Sequence record: DRR723986_7331
DNA: 43,086 nucleotides
Reading direction: 5' to 3' (one strand)
Shown: positions 9,411 through 18,469 of the stretch, one piece after another
Position numbering within the stretch: position 1 is the first letter of the stretch
How the letters are laid out: every line of letters starts with the position of its first letter
Made by a program: the position numbers and the translations under genes
Notes under the pieces: model-generated
Seen by the model: the letters and a program-made list of their open reading frames with translations, nothing else
The model's database searches: none
What the model was told of the DNA's origin: nothing

Positions 9411-10277
9411 TTACACGCCTCGTTCCTTAAACCAGTCCAAAGTCAGCTTCCAGGCATACGTGGCGGCCCGTCGGTCGTAAGTGGGGCGGTAATCTGCATG
9501 AAAACCATGGTTGACCGCTGGGAATACCACGATTTCAGAGGCACTGTTGCCTTTGCCCAGCTCATTACGCATCTTGTCCACCACCTCATCGGGCACGAAA
9601 CTATCCTCGCCCGCATACAGACCCAGCACGGGCACCTTCAGGCTTGCGGCCACATCCACCGGGTCAGCGGGTTTGTTCGGTCCTTTTAGACCTGCCAACA
9701 AACCGTAGTAAGACACACCCGCTTTCACGGCCGGATTGTGGTTCGCGTAAAGCCATACCGTGCGGCCTCCCCAGCAGTAGCCAACAATACCCAAACGGGC
9801 GGTATTGACCTTGCCGCTGGCCTTGGCAAAAGCCACGGTGGAATCAATATCGGTCATCACTTGGGCATCGGGCACCACTGGCACCACTTCCTTCAAGATT
9901 GCATCGAGACTCATGTTGGAAACATCCGCTTCGCGGCTGAACAGCGCCGGGGCAATCGCATAGTAGCCTTGCTTGGCCAAGCGCCTGCAAATGTCCTGAA
10001 TGTATTCGTGAACACCGAAAATTTCCTGAATCACAAGGATGACAGGGAAATTTCCACCTTTGGCTGGCATGGCCCGGTAAGCTGGAATTTGCCCGTCTTT
10101 GACCGGTACTTTCACTTCACCGGCGGTGATGCCCTGCGTGTCTGTTTTGATCGCTTGGGCGAACAGAGGCTCAGAGGCCACGGCAAAGCCGCCTGCGAGC
10201 GACGTGAGCAAAAAGCCCCTTCGATTGACTGTTGTTTCCCTGATTTTCTCTGCCAAGCCAAATTTCATTTGATCCAT
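9411..10277 (-). CDS. Dienelactone hydrolase family protein with Tat signal
   Basis: NRRGFL twin-arginine motif, QEIFG, GYCWGG nucleophile and HGFHADYR. Confidence 0.9.
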   Translation of the reverse strand: MDQMKFGLAEKIRETTVNRRGFLLTSLAGGFAVASEPLFAQAIKTDTQGITAGEVKVPVKDGQIPAYRAMPAKGGNFPVILVIQEIFGVHEYIQDICRRLAKQGYYAIAPALFSREADVSNMSLDAILKEVVPVVPDAQVMTDIDSTVAFAKASGKVNTARLGIVGYCWGGRTVWLYANHNPAVKAGVSYYGLLAGLKGPNKPADPVDVAASLKVPVLGLYAGEDSFVPDEVVDKMRNELGKGNSASEIVVFPAVNHGFHADYRPTYDRRAATYAWKLTLDWFKERGV

Positions 10278-10337
10278 GCTAACTACTCCTGTGCTTCCTT
10301 GGGATTAAGCTTGATTGCTTATCACGATAACAAACTA

Positions 10338-11006
10338 TCACAAGAGATCGACTGCCTTGGCTATTGAGTACGCTCTTTCCTGCGGATTTTTCACTTTCAA
10401 TGCCGATTGAAGACCAGGGCTGTAATGCAATCTCAGTAATTCTTTGTAAAAGTCGTATTCGTTTTGAATGCCCAGCGCTGCGCGACGCATTTTTAACTGC
10501 GCTTCTTGAAATGCCTTACGATGCTTGGGGTAATAACGCTCGACATGCGACAGGGCAAAGACGTCGGCATACAATTCCTCACGGTGACGACGCCGAACAG
10601 GTCCAAAATCAATTTGCTCCCGCATTTGAACGCAATGGCCTGATTCATGCGCGAAAAAAGCCTCGTACACCACCTGCTTGGGCAGCCCTTCGAAAAACTC
10701 GAGATATTGCTCAAAGCTGTGCCATGTTTTGTCACGAGTGCTGATAAAAAACGTACAGCGCTTAAGCGGGGCGTTGTACTGAACCAGCAAAGGTGACTGG
10801 TGAGGCGTTTCTTTTCCGATCAATTTGAAATCGACGCCATAGCCATACATGCGTCCGTATCCACGGGCCACGCTGCCTGCAATGTGGTCAATCAACTCTG
10901 CGTCGTCAAAATCCTCAAAGCCATTGGCCTTCAATGGTTGAGAATAAAACGCCGCTGCGCCGAGCAGGAGCGCGCCAGCGCACCGCCAATGCAATGAACT
11001 ACCCAC
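10338..11006 (-). CDS. Exported hypothetical protein with HExxH zinc-metallopeptidase motif
   Basis: AHESGH followed by EELYAD. Start reassigned to the GTG at 11006, which has a GAGGGG Shine-Dalgarno and exposes a signal-peptide-like N-terminus. Confidence 0.6.
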   Translation of the reverse strand: MGSSLHWRCAGALLLGAAAFYSQPLKANGFEDFDDAELIDHIAGSVARGYGRMYGYGVDFKLIGKETPHQSPLLVQYNAPLKRCTFFISTRDKTWHSFEQYLEFFEGLPKQVVYEAFFAHESGHCVQMREQIDFGPVRRRHREELYADVFALSHVERYYPKHRKAFQEAQLKMRRAALGIQNEYDFYKELLRLHYSPGLQSALKVKNPQERAYSIAKAVDLL

Positions 11007-11032
11007 CTGTTTGTCCCCTCTGCCTGTGTGGC

Positions 11033-11869
11033 TTATTTTTTCATCATGGCTTTGAATGCCTCGCAAGGGTCTTCACGGGGATGCGCCGGCACCTGCGCCA
11101 GTACATCGAATTGCTTAGAGCCACCCGCTTGCGAATTCTCAATGAAACCATACACGGTTGTTGTTTCTTGTAGTGTAACGGGCAACCATTGCACCACGCC
11201 GACATCTTTTTGAACATGGCCGTTGCCGGCAATCAAAACCACATCGCGCTGTTCAGCTTGCTGCTCGATGACCTTGGCCATCCACACATCTCGGGCCACT
11301 TGCGCCGCAATCATCTTCTCGGCCACCTGGGGTGGCAGCATATTGCAATGCCCCTCCACAATGTTTTGCCGATGCTGTTCAGCCAGTGCCGGTGGCAAAG
11401 GTTTGTTTAATTCATAGTGGGCAATCGTGTCAGGGTCCAATGCCGCGCTGTAGCCGCCCTTTACAATGCGGTTTGCGTCCTCGCGCGACACATTGGCCGC
11501 CAACAAAGGCAATTGGTAATCAAGCGCCAGCTGAATGATTGGCTCGTAGAGTTCCCACTGCCACTTTTCCGCCCATGGTTTGGAAGTGATGCAAGCTGCT
11601 GTTTTGCATTCATCTTGCGCCATACGCAGCAAGCCTTGGTGTTCGCGGTCAAACTGTTCCATCACAATGGCAGGTCGCCAACCTTGCTTGACCTTGTCAG
11701 CAATGATTTCATACCGCGCCTGGTGGGCTTGGGGGTTGTCATGAACCTCACCCATGAGCCACACAGCGGGCGCTGAACGCATGGCAGATTCTGCGGTGTG
11801 CTGCATGGAGCAGGCAGTGGTCACCCACACTGCCAACAAGGCAAACAGACTTCGTGTCAAGACTGCCAT
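11033..11869 (-). CDS. ChaN/PhuW-family lipoprotein (EreA/ChaN/Tiki superfamily)
   Basis: Lipobox-like TTAC, then LMGEVHDN, MEQFD, GHCNMLP, AQVARD and AGNGHV. Confidence 0.85.
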   Translation of the reverse strand: MAVLTRSLFALLAVWVTTACSMQHTAESAMRSAPAVWLMGEVHDNPQAHQARYEIIADKVKQGWRPAIVMEQFDREHQGLLRMAQDECKTAACITSKPWAEKWQWELYEPIIQLALDYQLPLLAANVSREDANRIVKGGYSAALDPDTIAHYELNKPLPPALAEQHRQNIVEGHCNMLPPQVAEKMIAAQVARDVWMAKVIEQQAEQRDVVLIAGNGHVQKDVGVVQWLPVTLQETTTVYGFIENSQAGGSKQFDVLAQVPAHPREDPCEAFKAMMKK

Positions 11870-11874
11870 AGAAG

Positions 11875-12468
11875 TTATCCCCTGGCCTGCACAGGCACTA
11901 CAAAATCAAACAAGGCCCGCTTGGGCTGTTTCGCCTTTTGTTCAATCTTCACCAACAAGGCTGGATTGAAGAAACCATCGCGTTGGTTCAGGGGTTGATC
12001 TGGAAAATACAATTGTGTGGTCAGCAATGAACTTGCCGGAGGCTGAATTTTGACATGCAAATGGGGGGTTCGCCTGAAACTTGAATTGCCGTAAGCGCCG
12101 GGCATGAGTGTTTCAAACCGGTACCAGCCTAGCGCATTGGTGATTTGATGCCCACGCAACTTGAAGCCCGTGTTGTCGTAAACACCTTGAGCATCGCAAC
12201 TCCACAAATCCACTATTGCACCGGCAACGGGTTGGCAGGCGGTGGACAATACCCTGCCCTCGAGCACCAGAATTTCTCCGGGCAAACCGTCGATTAAATT
12301 GCTGCGCCTGGGAGTTTGAGGCGTGTAATAAGGCCCCTCAATTTGACGGGGTGTGAGGTTGTCCACGCACTCGGGAGTTTGCGCCAAGGCACGGCGTTGA
12401 CTAAACATGGGGCCTGCAAGCACAAGGCCCGCGCCGGCCTGAAGAATTTTTCGTCTGAATTTCAGCAT
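11875..12468 (-). CDS. Intradiol ring-cleavage dioxygenase family protein with Tat-like signal
   Basis: FRRKIL...ALA signal, EGPYY, and all four Fe ligands (GVYD Tyr, PGAY Tyr, RTPHLH His-x-His), plus LTTQLYF. Confidence 0.88.
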   Translation of the reverse strand: MLKFRRKILQAGAGLVLAGPMFSQRRALAQTPECVDNLTPRQIEGPYYTPQTPRRSNLIDGLPGEILVLEGRVLSTACQPVAGAIVDLWSCDAQGVYDNTGFKLRGHQITNALGWYRFETLMPGAYGNSSFRRTPHLHVKIQPPASSLLTTQLYFPDQPLNQRDGFFNPALLVKIEQKAKQPKRALFDFVVPVQARG

Positions 12469-12536
12469 GCCACCTCCTACTGCTTTTGGTGCTGAGTGAG
12501 TTCACTATAACCAAAAGCAAGGGTGGCTGCACGAAG

Positions 12537-13640
12537 TTAGCTATTTAGCCAGCTCACGGTTTTCGCCCAGATGGTATTGGGCGATTCCTTGCCGCTCATG
12601 ATGCCGATATGGCCGCCCGGGCCGATGAAGAATTCGGAGTTCTCCGAACCAACAACCTTGGTAATCGGCTTGCAGCATGCTACGTTGGCCAGGTTGTCCG
12701 ATTTGCCTGCAATCCCCAACACCGGGCAAGTGATGTCTTTGAAGTTGGCCACGGCCTTGCCCACTTTGAAGTGGCCGTGCGCTGTTTCATTTTCAAGCCA
12801 AATGCTGGCGAACCAGTCGCGCAATGCACCACCAGGGTAGGCTTCCAGGCTGTCAATAAATGCAGCTTGGTTGGCATGCTGGGCCACGAACTCTCGGTCA
12901 TGCAACTGTGAAATCAGGTTCCAGTAACCTTTCAGGCTACCCACTGGATCGAGCAATTTAAAGCCGATCACGTTGGCCCAGCCCGGTGTGTACAACAGTT
13001 TGGCGGGTACCTTTCTGAAATTGATTCGCGCAGACTTCAACAAGTGTGCCAGGCGCTTGTATTGCTGACCGATGGCGCCATTGGCGTGGCCATCGATGGG
13101 CGTTCCATAGGTGACCACTTTGTTGATGTTTTCGTCTTTGAATAAAGCGGTGTAAGCCAAGGCCATGCCACCACCCATGCTCCAACCCTGCAGATTGAGC
13201 TTTTTGGAACCGCTGTGTTCACGCACGGCATTCAGGCACGCGGGCAGAAATTCCTTGATGTAATTCTCAAGAGTTAAACCAGCCTGTTTGCGTGTGGGCT
13301 TGCCCCAATCGATCAGGTACACATCAAATCCCTGCGCCATCAGGTAGCGAACAAAACTGCGCTCAGGCAGCAAATCATACACATACATGTTCACGGCCAG
13401 GGGTGCGATCAGCACGAGCGGAATTGCGTTGCGCTTTTTGCTCACTGGCAGCGTGTCGTCACCCACGGTGATGCTTTCTTCAGTCAAGGGCAGGTAATGG
13501 CGAACGCTGTGAATACCGCTTTGATGAACGATTTCAAACGGCTGCAAACCAGCGCGAACCATGGATTCTGATTTGAACAAACGATCCCAGCCGTTGCTGG
13601 ACATGCGGCTGATTCGACGAAGGCTGAGTGCAGTGGACAT
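12537..13640 (-). CDS. PhaC (class III)-like alpha/beta hydrolase with Ser nucleophile
   Basis: YDLLPERSFVRYL, DVYLIDWG, GWSMGG lipase box, AGKSD (Asp) and GGHIG (His). Confidence 0.75.
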   Translation of the reverse strand: MSTALSLRRISRMSSNGWDRLFKSESMVRAGLQPFEIVHQSGIHSVRHYLPLTEESITVGDDTLPVSKKRNAIPLVLIAPLAVNMYVYDLLPERSFVRYLMAQGFDVYLIDWGKPTRKQAGLTLENYIKEFLPACLNAVREHSGSKKLNLQGWSMGGGMALAYTALFKDENINKVVTYGTPIDGHANGAIGQQYKRLAHLLKSARINFRKVPAKLLYTPGWANVIGFKLLDPVGSLKGYWNLISQLHDREFVAQHANQAAFIDSLEAYPGGALRDWFASIWLENETAHGHFKVGKAVANFKDITCPVLGIAGKSDNLANVACCKPITKVVGSENSEFFIGPGGHIGIMSGKESPNTIWAKTVSWLNS

Positions 13641-13767
13641 GGCGGCAAACCTGATTGTGAAAATTATGTGTGTCAGATTCTAACAGCGCCGCCAATGAAT
13701 TGATTGGGGTGCTGTCTCTAAAAAATCCCGCCGAGCTCATTGTGTGGGCAAGCAGAGTCCAAGAAAA

Positions 13768-13782
13768 CGGGAAATATTCCCT
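13768..13782. promoter_or_regulatory. Palindrome CGGGA-AATAT-TCCCT, candidate response-regulator site
   Basis: Lies about 35 bp before the kinase ATG. Related motifs occur at 18429, 20561 and 20589. Confidence 0.55.
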
Positions 13783-13816
13783 GGCGTCAGCGCACGGCTT
13801 ATTCGAAGATATTTGC

Positions 13817-15118
13817 ATGAAATTCTCACTACGATCATTGATATGGGTTCCCCTGACCTTCTCAATTGGCTTCGCTTTGTCTGCCAGTCTTATTGTGATA
13901 CAAGCGAGGGATGACATCCGAGAAGAACTGGAATCCGCAACGCATGTCGCGAAAAGCCTGGCACTGCTGATTGAATATGACCGAATCGGTGCGCAAGAGG
14001 CGAAAAATCTGCAGTTCAGACACATCCGGATTTCAACGCAGCCACCGCACTTGGTGAATCAAAGCCTCAATGTGAGCATGCCTTCCTGGCTGGCTAACTG
14101 GACTTTGGGTGATGTTGGCAGTGATTGGCAAAAGTATTCAATTCACCTCGACCCGGTTCAGATGTGGACTGTGTACGCCACACCGGAGGATGAGCTCGAT
14201 GAAGTCTGGGAAAGTCTGACTTCGACATTTTTTGTATTTCTTGTCTCCGCACTTTTGTGCATCGCGTTAATTCAGTTTGGGCTCAATGACGTTCTTAAAC
14301 GAATGCGTCAGTTTAGTCGCGCCATGACAGAAATGCGCGATGGCCACCTTGAAACAAAGCTGCCTGAAACCAGCCCGATTGTGGAACTTCAGGCTATAGC
14401 CCGTCAATTCAATGCCACCACACTGACACTCAAGCAAGCCAGAGAAGACAATAAGTCTTTGTCGATTTCACTGATTAACTCTCAAGAACAGGAACGCAGA
14501 CGCCTTGGCAGTGAACTGCACGACAATCTGGGACAGATAATCGCAGGTCTTCGTGCCCGAGTCTATTTACTAAACATTCAAACTCAGTCTGAGATGTCAG
14601 CCTCTGGTCTAGAGACCCTGAAATCAGTATCCGACGAACTGGAAGAGGCCCACCGCGTGATCCGGAATCTGATCACCGAGTTAGATCCAATGGATCTACA
14701 AACAGTCAACCTGAATGAGGCCTTGAACCAGATTTGCATGAAATGGATGCAAGTCACTTACATTGAATGTGAACTTGAAGCCTCGTGTGAAGTGTCACCA
14801 GCGATAACCTTGGTCGCACAAGAAGTAGTACACATCATCCGGATTGTCCAAGAGTCCCTTCACAACATTTACAAACACTCGAATGCAAATAAAGTCACCG
14901 TGAGCTTGGTCAACACTCGGGACTACCTCGATTTGAAAATTGAAGACAACGGTGTCTTATCAAAAGAGTTGAAATCCGGTTATGGTCTTCGCTCTATGCA
15001 AGTGAGGGCAAAAGAACTTGGAGCACGTCTTCGTATACAAAAACACAGCACGGGCGTGACCGTGCATTTGCACAAAACACACCAGAGAGCACACTCGAAT
15101 GAATTACTTGATTGTTGA
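13817..15118 (+). CDS. Membrane sensor histidine kinase (HAMP + HisKA_3), PedS2/MxcQ-like
   Basis: Two transmembrane segments, HAMP, QEQERRRLGSELHDNLGQ H-box, VQESLHNI, EDNG and GYGLRSM. Start moved to ATG 13817 (MKFSLRS). Confidence 0.85.
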   Translation: MKFSLRSLIWVPLTFSIGFALSASLIVIQARDDIREELESATHVAKSLALLIEYDRIGAQEAKNLQFRHIRISTQPPHLVNQSLNVSMPSWLANWTLGDVGSDWQKYSIHLDPVQMWTVYATPEDELDEVWESLTSTFFVFLVSALLCIALIQFGLNDVLKRMRQFSRAMTEMRDGHLETKLPETSPIVELQAIARQFNATTLTLKQAREDNKSLSISLINSQEQERRRLGSELHDNLGQIIAGLRARVYLLNIQTQSEMSASGLETLKSVSDELEEAHRVIRNLITELDPMDLQTVNLNEALNQICMKWMQVTYIECELEASCEVSPAITLVAQEVVHIIRIVQESLHNIYKHSNANKVTVSLVNTRDYLDLKIEDNGVLSKELKSGYGLRSMQVRAKELGARLRIQKHSTGVTVHLHKTHQRAHSNELLDC

Positions 15119-15773
15119 TGATCATCCACTAATTCGTCAAAGCTACTCACAAATCATTAATCAGATTTGCAATGGCTTGGCGCAAATCGATCATGCGGAC
15201 AACGCCCAATCAGCTTGGCTCAAATGGACAGAAATACGACACGAACTGGTCGTACTTGACGTCAATCTCCCCGACATCTCCGGTCTGGATCTGGCAACAA
15301 AAATTTTGCGCAGACAACCGGCGACTCGTGTAATGTTTTTCAGCATGCACGATGAGCTTGGCCTGGTGAGTCGTGCCATGAAACTTGGTGCATGCGCTTT
15401 CGTCAGCAAATCAGCTGAACCTGAAGAGTTTGCCCGGGCGATTCGGACAATTTCGGAGGGCGAATTCTATGTTGAGCATCGTCTGGCCACCGGACTTGTT
15501 TGCTCAAAACACACAGGAAGCAACGCACTCGCCACACTATCAGGTCGTGAGAATGAAATTTTTCTGATGATTGCAAAGGGATATTCATCCAGACAAATCG
15601 GCAAACTATTGAATCTCAGTGCAAAAACAGTCGCCAACAACCTTTCTATTATCAAACAGAAGTTGAATGTAGACACCACAGCAGCGATGACTCACCTTGC
15701 AGTGAGCCTCCAGTTGATTGAAGTTTACCAACCCACGGGGCAGCCAGTACAACCCTCAAAATTGGCATCCTGA
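15099..15773 (+). CDS. NarL/LuxR-family response regulator, PedR2/ExaE/MxcE-like
   Basis: IVDDHP, VLDVNLPDISG, FFSMHD and a LuxR HTH (LSGRENEIF...LSAKTVAN). Overlaps the kinase by 20 nt. Confidence 0.9.
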   Translation: MNYLIVDDHPLIRQSYSQIINQICNGLAQIDHADNAQSAWLKWTEIRHELVVLDVNLPDISGLDLATKILRRQPATRVMFFSMHDELGLVSRAMKLGACAFVSKSAEPEEFARAIRTISEGEFYVEHRLATGLVCSKHTGSNALATLSGRENEIFLMIAKGYSSRQIGKLLNLSAKTVANNLSIIKQKLNVDTTAAMTHLAVSLQLIEVYQPTGQPVQPSKLAS

Positions 15774-16348
15774 AACGTGGCGTAATGAATTCGGGCCCCT
15801 GTTATTGTGCTGCCATCAAAGTCAACCATATTCATTTTGGCTTCCTGCAAATTGGCATTGTTGAAGTTGGAATCCACCAGGCTGCATTTCTCCATCCAGG
15901 CTTTCTCGAAACTGGCCATCTGTGCGTTAGCACCGGTAAAGTTGGCCCGATTAACCCTGGCAAACGAAAAATCAGCCGCTATCAGACTCGTGCGTGTGAA
16001 GTTTGCTACTTGACCAAAAGCCGCGTAAGCCTGCACGGCATCTAATGTTGCATCGGTAAAATCGGCTCTGCGCAAATTGGCGCGCTTCAAATCAGCCCTG
16101 GTCAGATTGGCACCAGTCAGGTTGGCTCCTTCAAGATTAGCCCCCCGCAAATCAGCATGCCGCAGGTCCGCTCCCCTTAGGTCCGCACCCGACAAATCGA
16201 TCGCACTCAATTCCATATTTCGTAAATCCATGCCGGTGAGGTTGGCGTTTTTACAGTGGCTTCCGGGCTGTAGTTCACAGGCTTGAACATTCACGGCAAC
16301 CATTAGCCCCGCCATTATTGTCAATCCATAACACTTGATTGAGTTCAT
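15725..16348 (-). CDS. Exported pentapeptide-repeat protein of the type associated with PQQ alcohol dehydrogenases (PedD-like)
   Basis: Signal peptide, tandem A(D/N)LxG repeats, Cys pairs at both ends (CELQPGSHC; CTGCPVGW), located directly downstream of exaA. Confidence 0.88.
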   Translation of the reverse strand: MNSIKCYGLTIMAGLMVAVNVQACELQPGSHCKNANLTGMDLRNMELSAIDLSGADLRGADLRHADLRGANLEGANLTGANLTRADLKRANLRRADFTDATLDAVQAYAAFGQVANFTRTSLIAADFSFARVNRANFTGANAQMASFEKAWMEKCSLVDSNFNNANLQEAKMNMVDFDGSTITGARIHYATFQDANFEGCTGCPVGW

Positions 16349-16360
16349 TGAGTCATTCCC

Positions 16361-16405
16361 AAAAAAGAAAAACGGATGGGATTGCCCTGCAAAGCAAACC
16401 CATCC
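16361..16405 (-). terminator. Rho-independent terminator or attenuator after exaA
   Basis: GGATGGGATTGC...GCAAACCCATCC stem followed on the minus strand by GTTTTTCTTTTTT. Confidence 0.7.
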
Positions 16406-16452
16406 TAAGCAACAACGTCTTCCAGGATGAAGAGAGGAAAATTGACGTCGTA

Positions 16453-18315
16453 TTAACGCGAGGCTTGCTGAATCATCTTGGGCAGCTTGAATACCCAGAA
16501 TGAACCGCCTTGCGGCACTGGCTTGGTCAGCTCGGCCATGTCACCACCCCAAAGTGGCACTGCACCACCATAACCACTGGCCACACCAATGTACTGTTCG
16601 CCATCCATTTCCCAAGTAATCGGGGAGGAAACAATTCCTGAACCCGTCTGGAATTTCCAAAGCTCTTTGCCGGTTTTTGCATCAAAGGCCTTGAAGAAGC
16701 CATCGCCTGTCCCTGTGAACACCAGATTGCCTTTGGTGGCCATGACGCCGGCCCAAAGCGGTAACTTCTCTTTGTGCTGCCAGATCACTTTTCCTGTAAC
16801 AGGATTCATGGCACGCAATACACCCACATGGTCGTCGTACATACGCTTGATCCTGAACCCCTGACCAAGATACGCAGACCCCTTCTTGTAGGTCACGTTT
16901 TCTGTCCAGTAATCTTCCTTCCAGTGATTGGCGCCGATATAAAACAAGCCAGTATCCTGACTGTAGGCCATGGGGTTCCAGTTCTTGCCACCCAGGAACG
17001 GAGGAGATACTTCAACAGATTTGCCGCGATCCTGACCTGGCTCCGGGGGAGGAGGACGCTGCCCGGCCACTTCAATCGGCCTGCCGGTTTTCGGGTCAAT
17101 GCCCTTGGCCCAGGTCACGCCGTCTACGAAAGGCACACCCCGAATGAATTTGCCGTCCGCTCGATTCACTACATAAAAAAAACCGTTTCGGTCAGCGTGT
17201 GCTGTGGCCTTGATGGTTTTGCCGCCATCTTTGTACTCAAACAAAACCAGTTCATTGTTGCCAGAGAAGTCCCAAGCGTCATTGGGTGTATGTTGGTAAA
17301 ACCACTTCACTTCTCCCGTGCTGGGGTCTACGGCAACTTGACCTGAGGTATACAGGTTGTCGTACTCCAGCGGATTTCCACCTTTGGGTGTGCGATACCA
17401 AGTGTTCCAGGGAGCGGGATTACCTGCGCCCACGATGATCAGATTGTTTTCAACGTCAAAGCTGGCAGACTGCCATGGAGCGCCACCACCCTGGCTCCAG
17501 GCTTCCACTTTGCCAGTGGGGCTGTTCGGATCATCCGGCCAGGACGGCGCTCGAGGATCACCTGTAGGAGTGCTTTCTTTTCCATTGAGTCGCCCCATGT
17601 GTCCTTCAACAAAAGGACGCATCCAGATTTCCTTGCCTGTTTCCGGATCACGTGCGTAGAGCTTGCCCACCACACCGAATTCGTCTCCGGAAGAACCATG
17701 AATCAACAGTACCTTGCCTGTTTTTTGATCCTTCACCAAGGTGGGAGCCCCTGTCATGGTGTAGCCAGCGGTGTGGTCTTCGAACTTTTCACGCCAAGCC
17801 ACCTTGCCGGTTTTCTTGTCTAGCGCAACAATGCCCGCGTCCAACGTGCCGAAGAAAACCTTGTCGCCAAAAATGGCCGCCCCGCGGTTGACCACGTCGC
17901 AACAGGGTCGAATATCTTCAGGCAATCGATGAGAATACTGCCAAAGTTTTGCACCTGTTCTCGCATCCAATGCATACATTCGGGAATAGGAACCCGTAAC
18001 ATAAATAACGCCATCATGAACCAGGGCCTGCGTTTCCTGGCCGCGCTGCTTTTCATCGCCAAAACTGAAAGACCACGCTGGCACCAGATTGGCCACGTTC
18101 TTGTCATTGATCGCGGTCATGGCACTGTAGCGCTGCGCCTTCGGCCCAAAGCCGTAGCTCAAAATGTCTTTCGGAGTGTTTTCATCGTTGACGATGTCTT
18201 CCCAGGTAACACCACCTGACTTGGCCGACACAGAACCACTCTGCAACGCCAGGCCAGCTGTTGCAGCGACAACAGCAAGCGTCAGGGCGCTGAGTTTAAA
18301 ACTTGAATTTCTCAC
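16453..18315 (-). CDS. exaA: PQQ-dependent type I alcohol dehydrogenase, calcium-type (ExaA/PedE)
   Basis: Signal peptide, vicinal disulfide [10 protein letters not shown], active-site WDFSGNNE (Ser rather than the lanthanide-binding Asp), and C-terminal [11 protein letters not shown]...[13 protein letters not shown] start with a GAGGAG Shine-Dalgarno. Confidence 0.95.
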   Translation of the reverse strand: MRNSSFKLSALTLAVVAATAGLALQSGSVSAKSGGVTWEDIVNDENTPKDILSYGFGPKAQRYSAMTAINDKNVANLVPAWSFSFGDEKQRGQETQALVHDGVIYVTGSYSRMYALDARTGAKLWQYSHRLPEDIRPCCDVVNRGAAIFGDKVFFGTLDAGIVALDKKTGKVAWREKFEDHTAGYTMTGAPTLVKDQKTGKVLLIHGSSGDEFGVVGKLYARDPETGKEIWMRPFVEGHMGRLNGKESTPTGDPRAPSWPDDPNSPTGKVEAWSQGGGAPWQSASFDVENNLIIVGAGNPAPWNTWYRTPKGGNPLEYDNLYTSGQVAVDPSTGEVKWFYQHTPNDAWDFSGNNELVLFEYKDGGKTIKATAHADRNGFFYVVNRADGKFIRGVPFVDGVTWAKGIDPKTGRPIEVAGQRPPPPEPGQDRGKSVEVSPPFLGGKNWNPMAYSQDTGLFYIGANHWKEDYWTENVTYKKGSAYLGQGFRIKRMYDDHVGVLRAMNPVTGKVIWQHKEKLPLWAGVMATKGNLVFTGTGDGFFKAFDAKTGKELWKFQTGSGIVSSPITWEMDGEQYIGVASGYGGAVPLWGGDMAELTKPVPQGGSFWVFKLPKMIQQASR

Positions 18316-18405
18316 TGATCTCTCCTCTTTGTTTAATCTGATTTGTTGTAATCCGACTCTTCTTTCGGACTCGTTTCAGATTAAGGAGAGCACCCCGTAT
18401 TCTCC

Positions 18406-18443
18406 AGAGCAGAATTCCCGCAGTAAACCGGGATTTATTCCCG
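18406..18443. promoter_or_regulatory. Palindrome CGGGA-TTTAT-TCCCG plus a tandem half-site upstream of exaA
   Basis: Perfect 5-bp arms at 18429-18443; a half-site AGAGCAGAATTCCCG at 18406-18420. Confidence 0.6.
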
Positions 18444-18469
18444 AAAAACCAATGCACTCTTTACTCAAC

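Noticed and set aside
12537-13640. Functional PHA synthase phaC
   Set aside because: The catalytic Cys is replaced by Ser and there is no phaE.
13670-13816. N-terminal 49-aa extension of the sensor kinase in the ORF track
   Set aside because: Covers the divergent promoter region and the palindromic site. ATG 13817 gives a normal N-terminus just before the first transmembrane helix.
16040-16250. 15-bp periodic repeats, considered as a CRISPR array or tandem repeat
   Set aside because: Explained by pentapeptide-repeat coding; there are no identical repeats with unique spacers and no cas genes.
16453-18315. Lanthanide-dependent or methanol dehydrogenase (XoxF, PedH, MxaF)
   Set aside because: WDFSGNNE lacks the additional Asp and no mxaI gene is present; the sequence fits ExaA/PedE.
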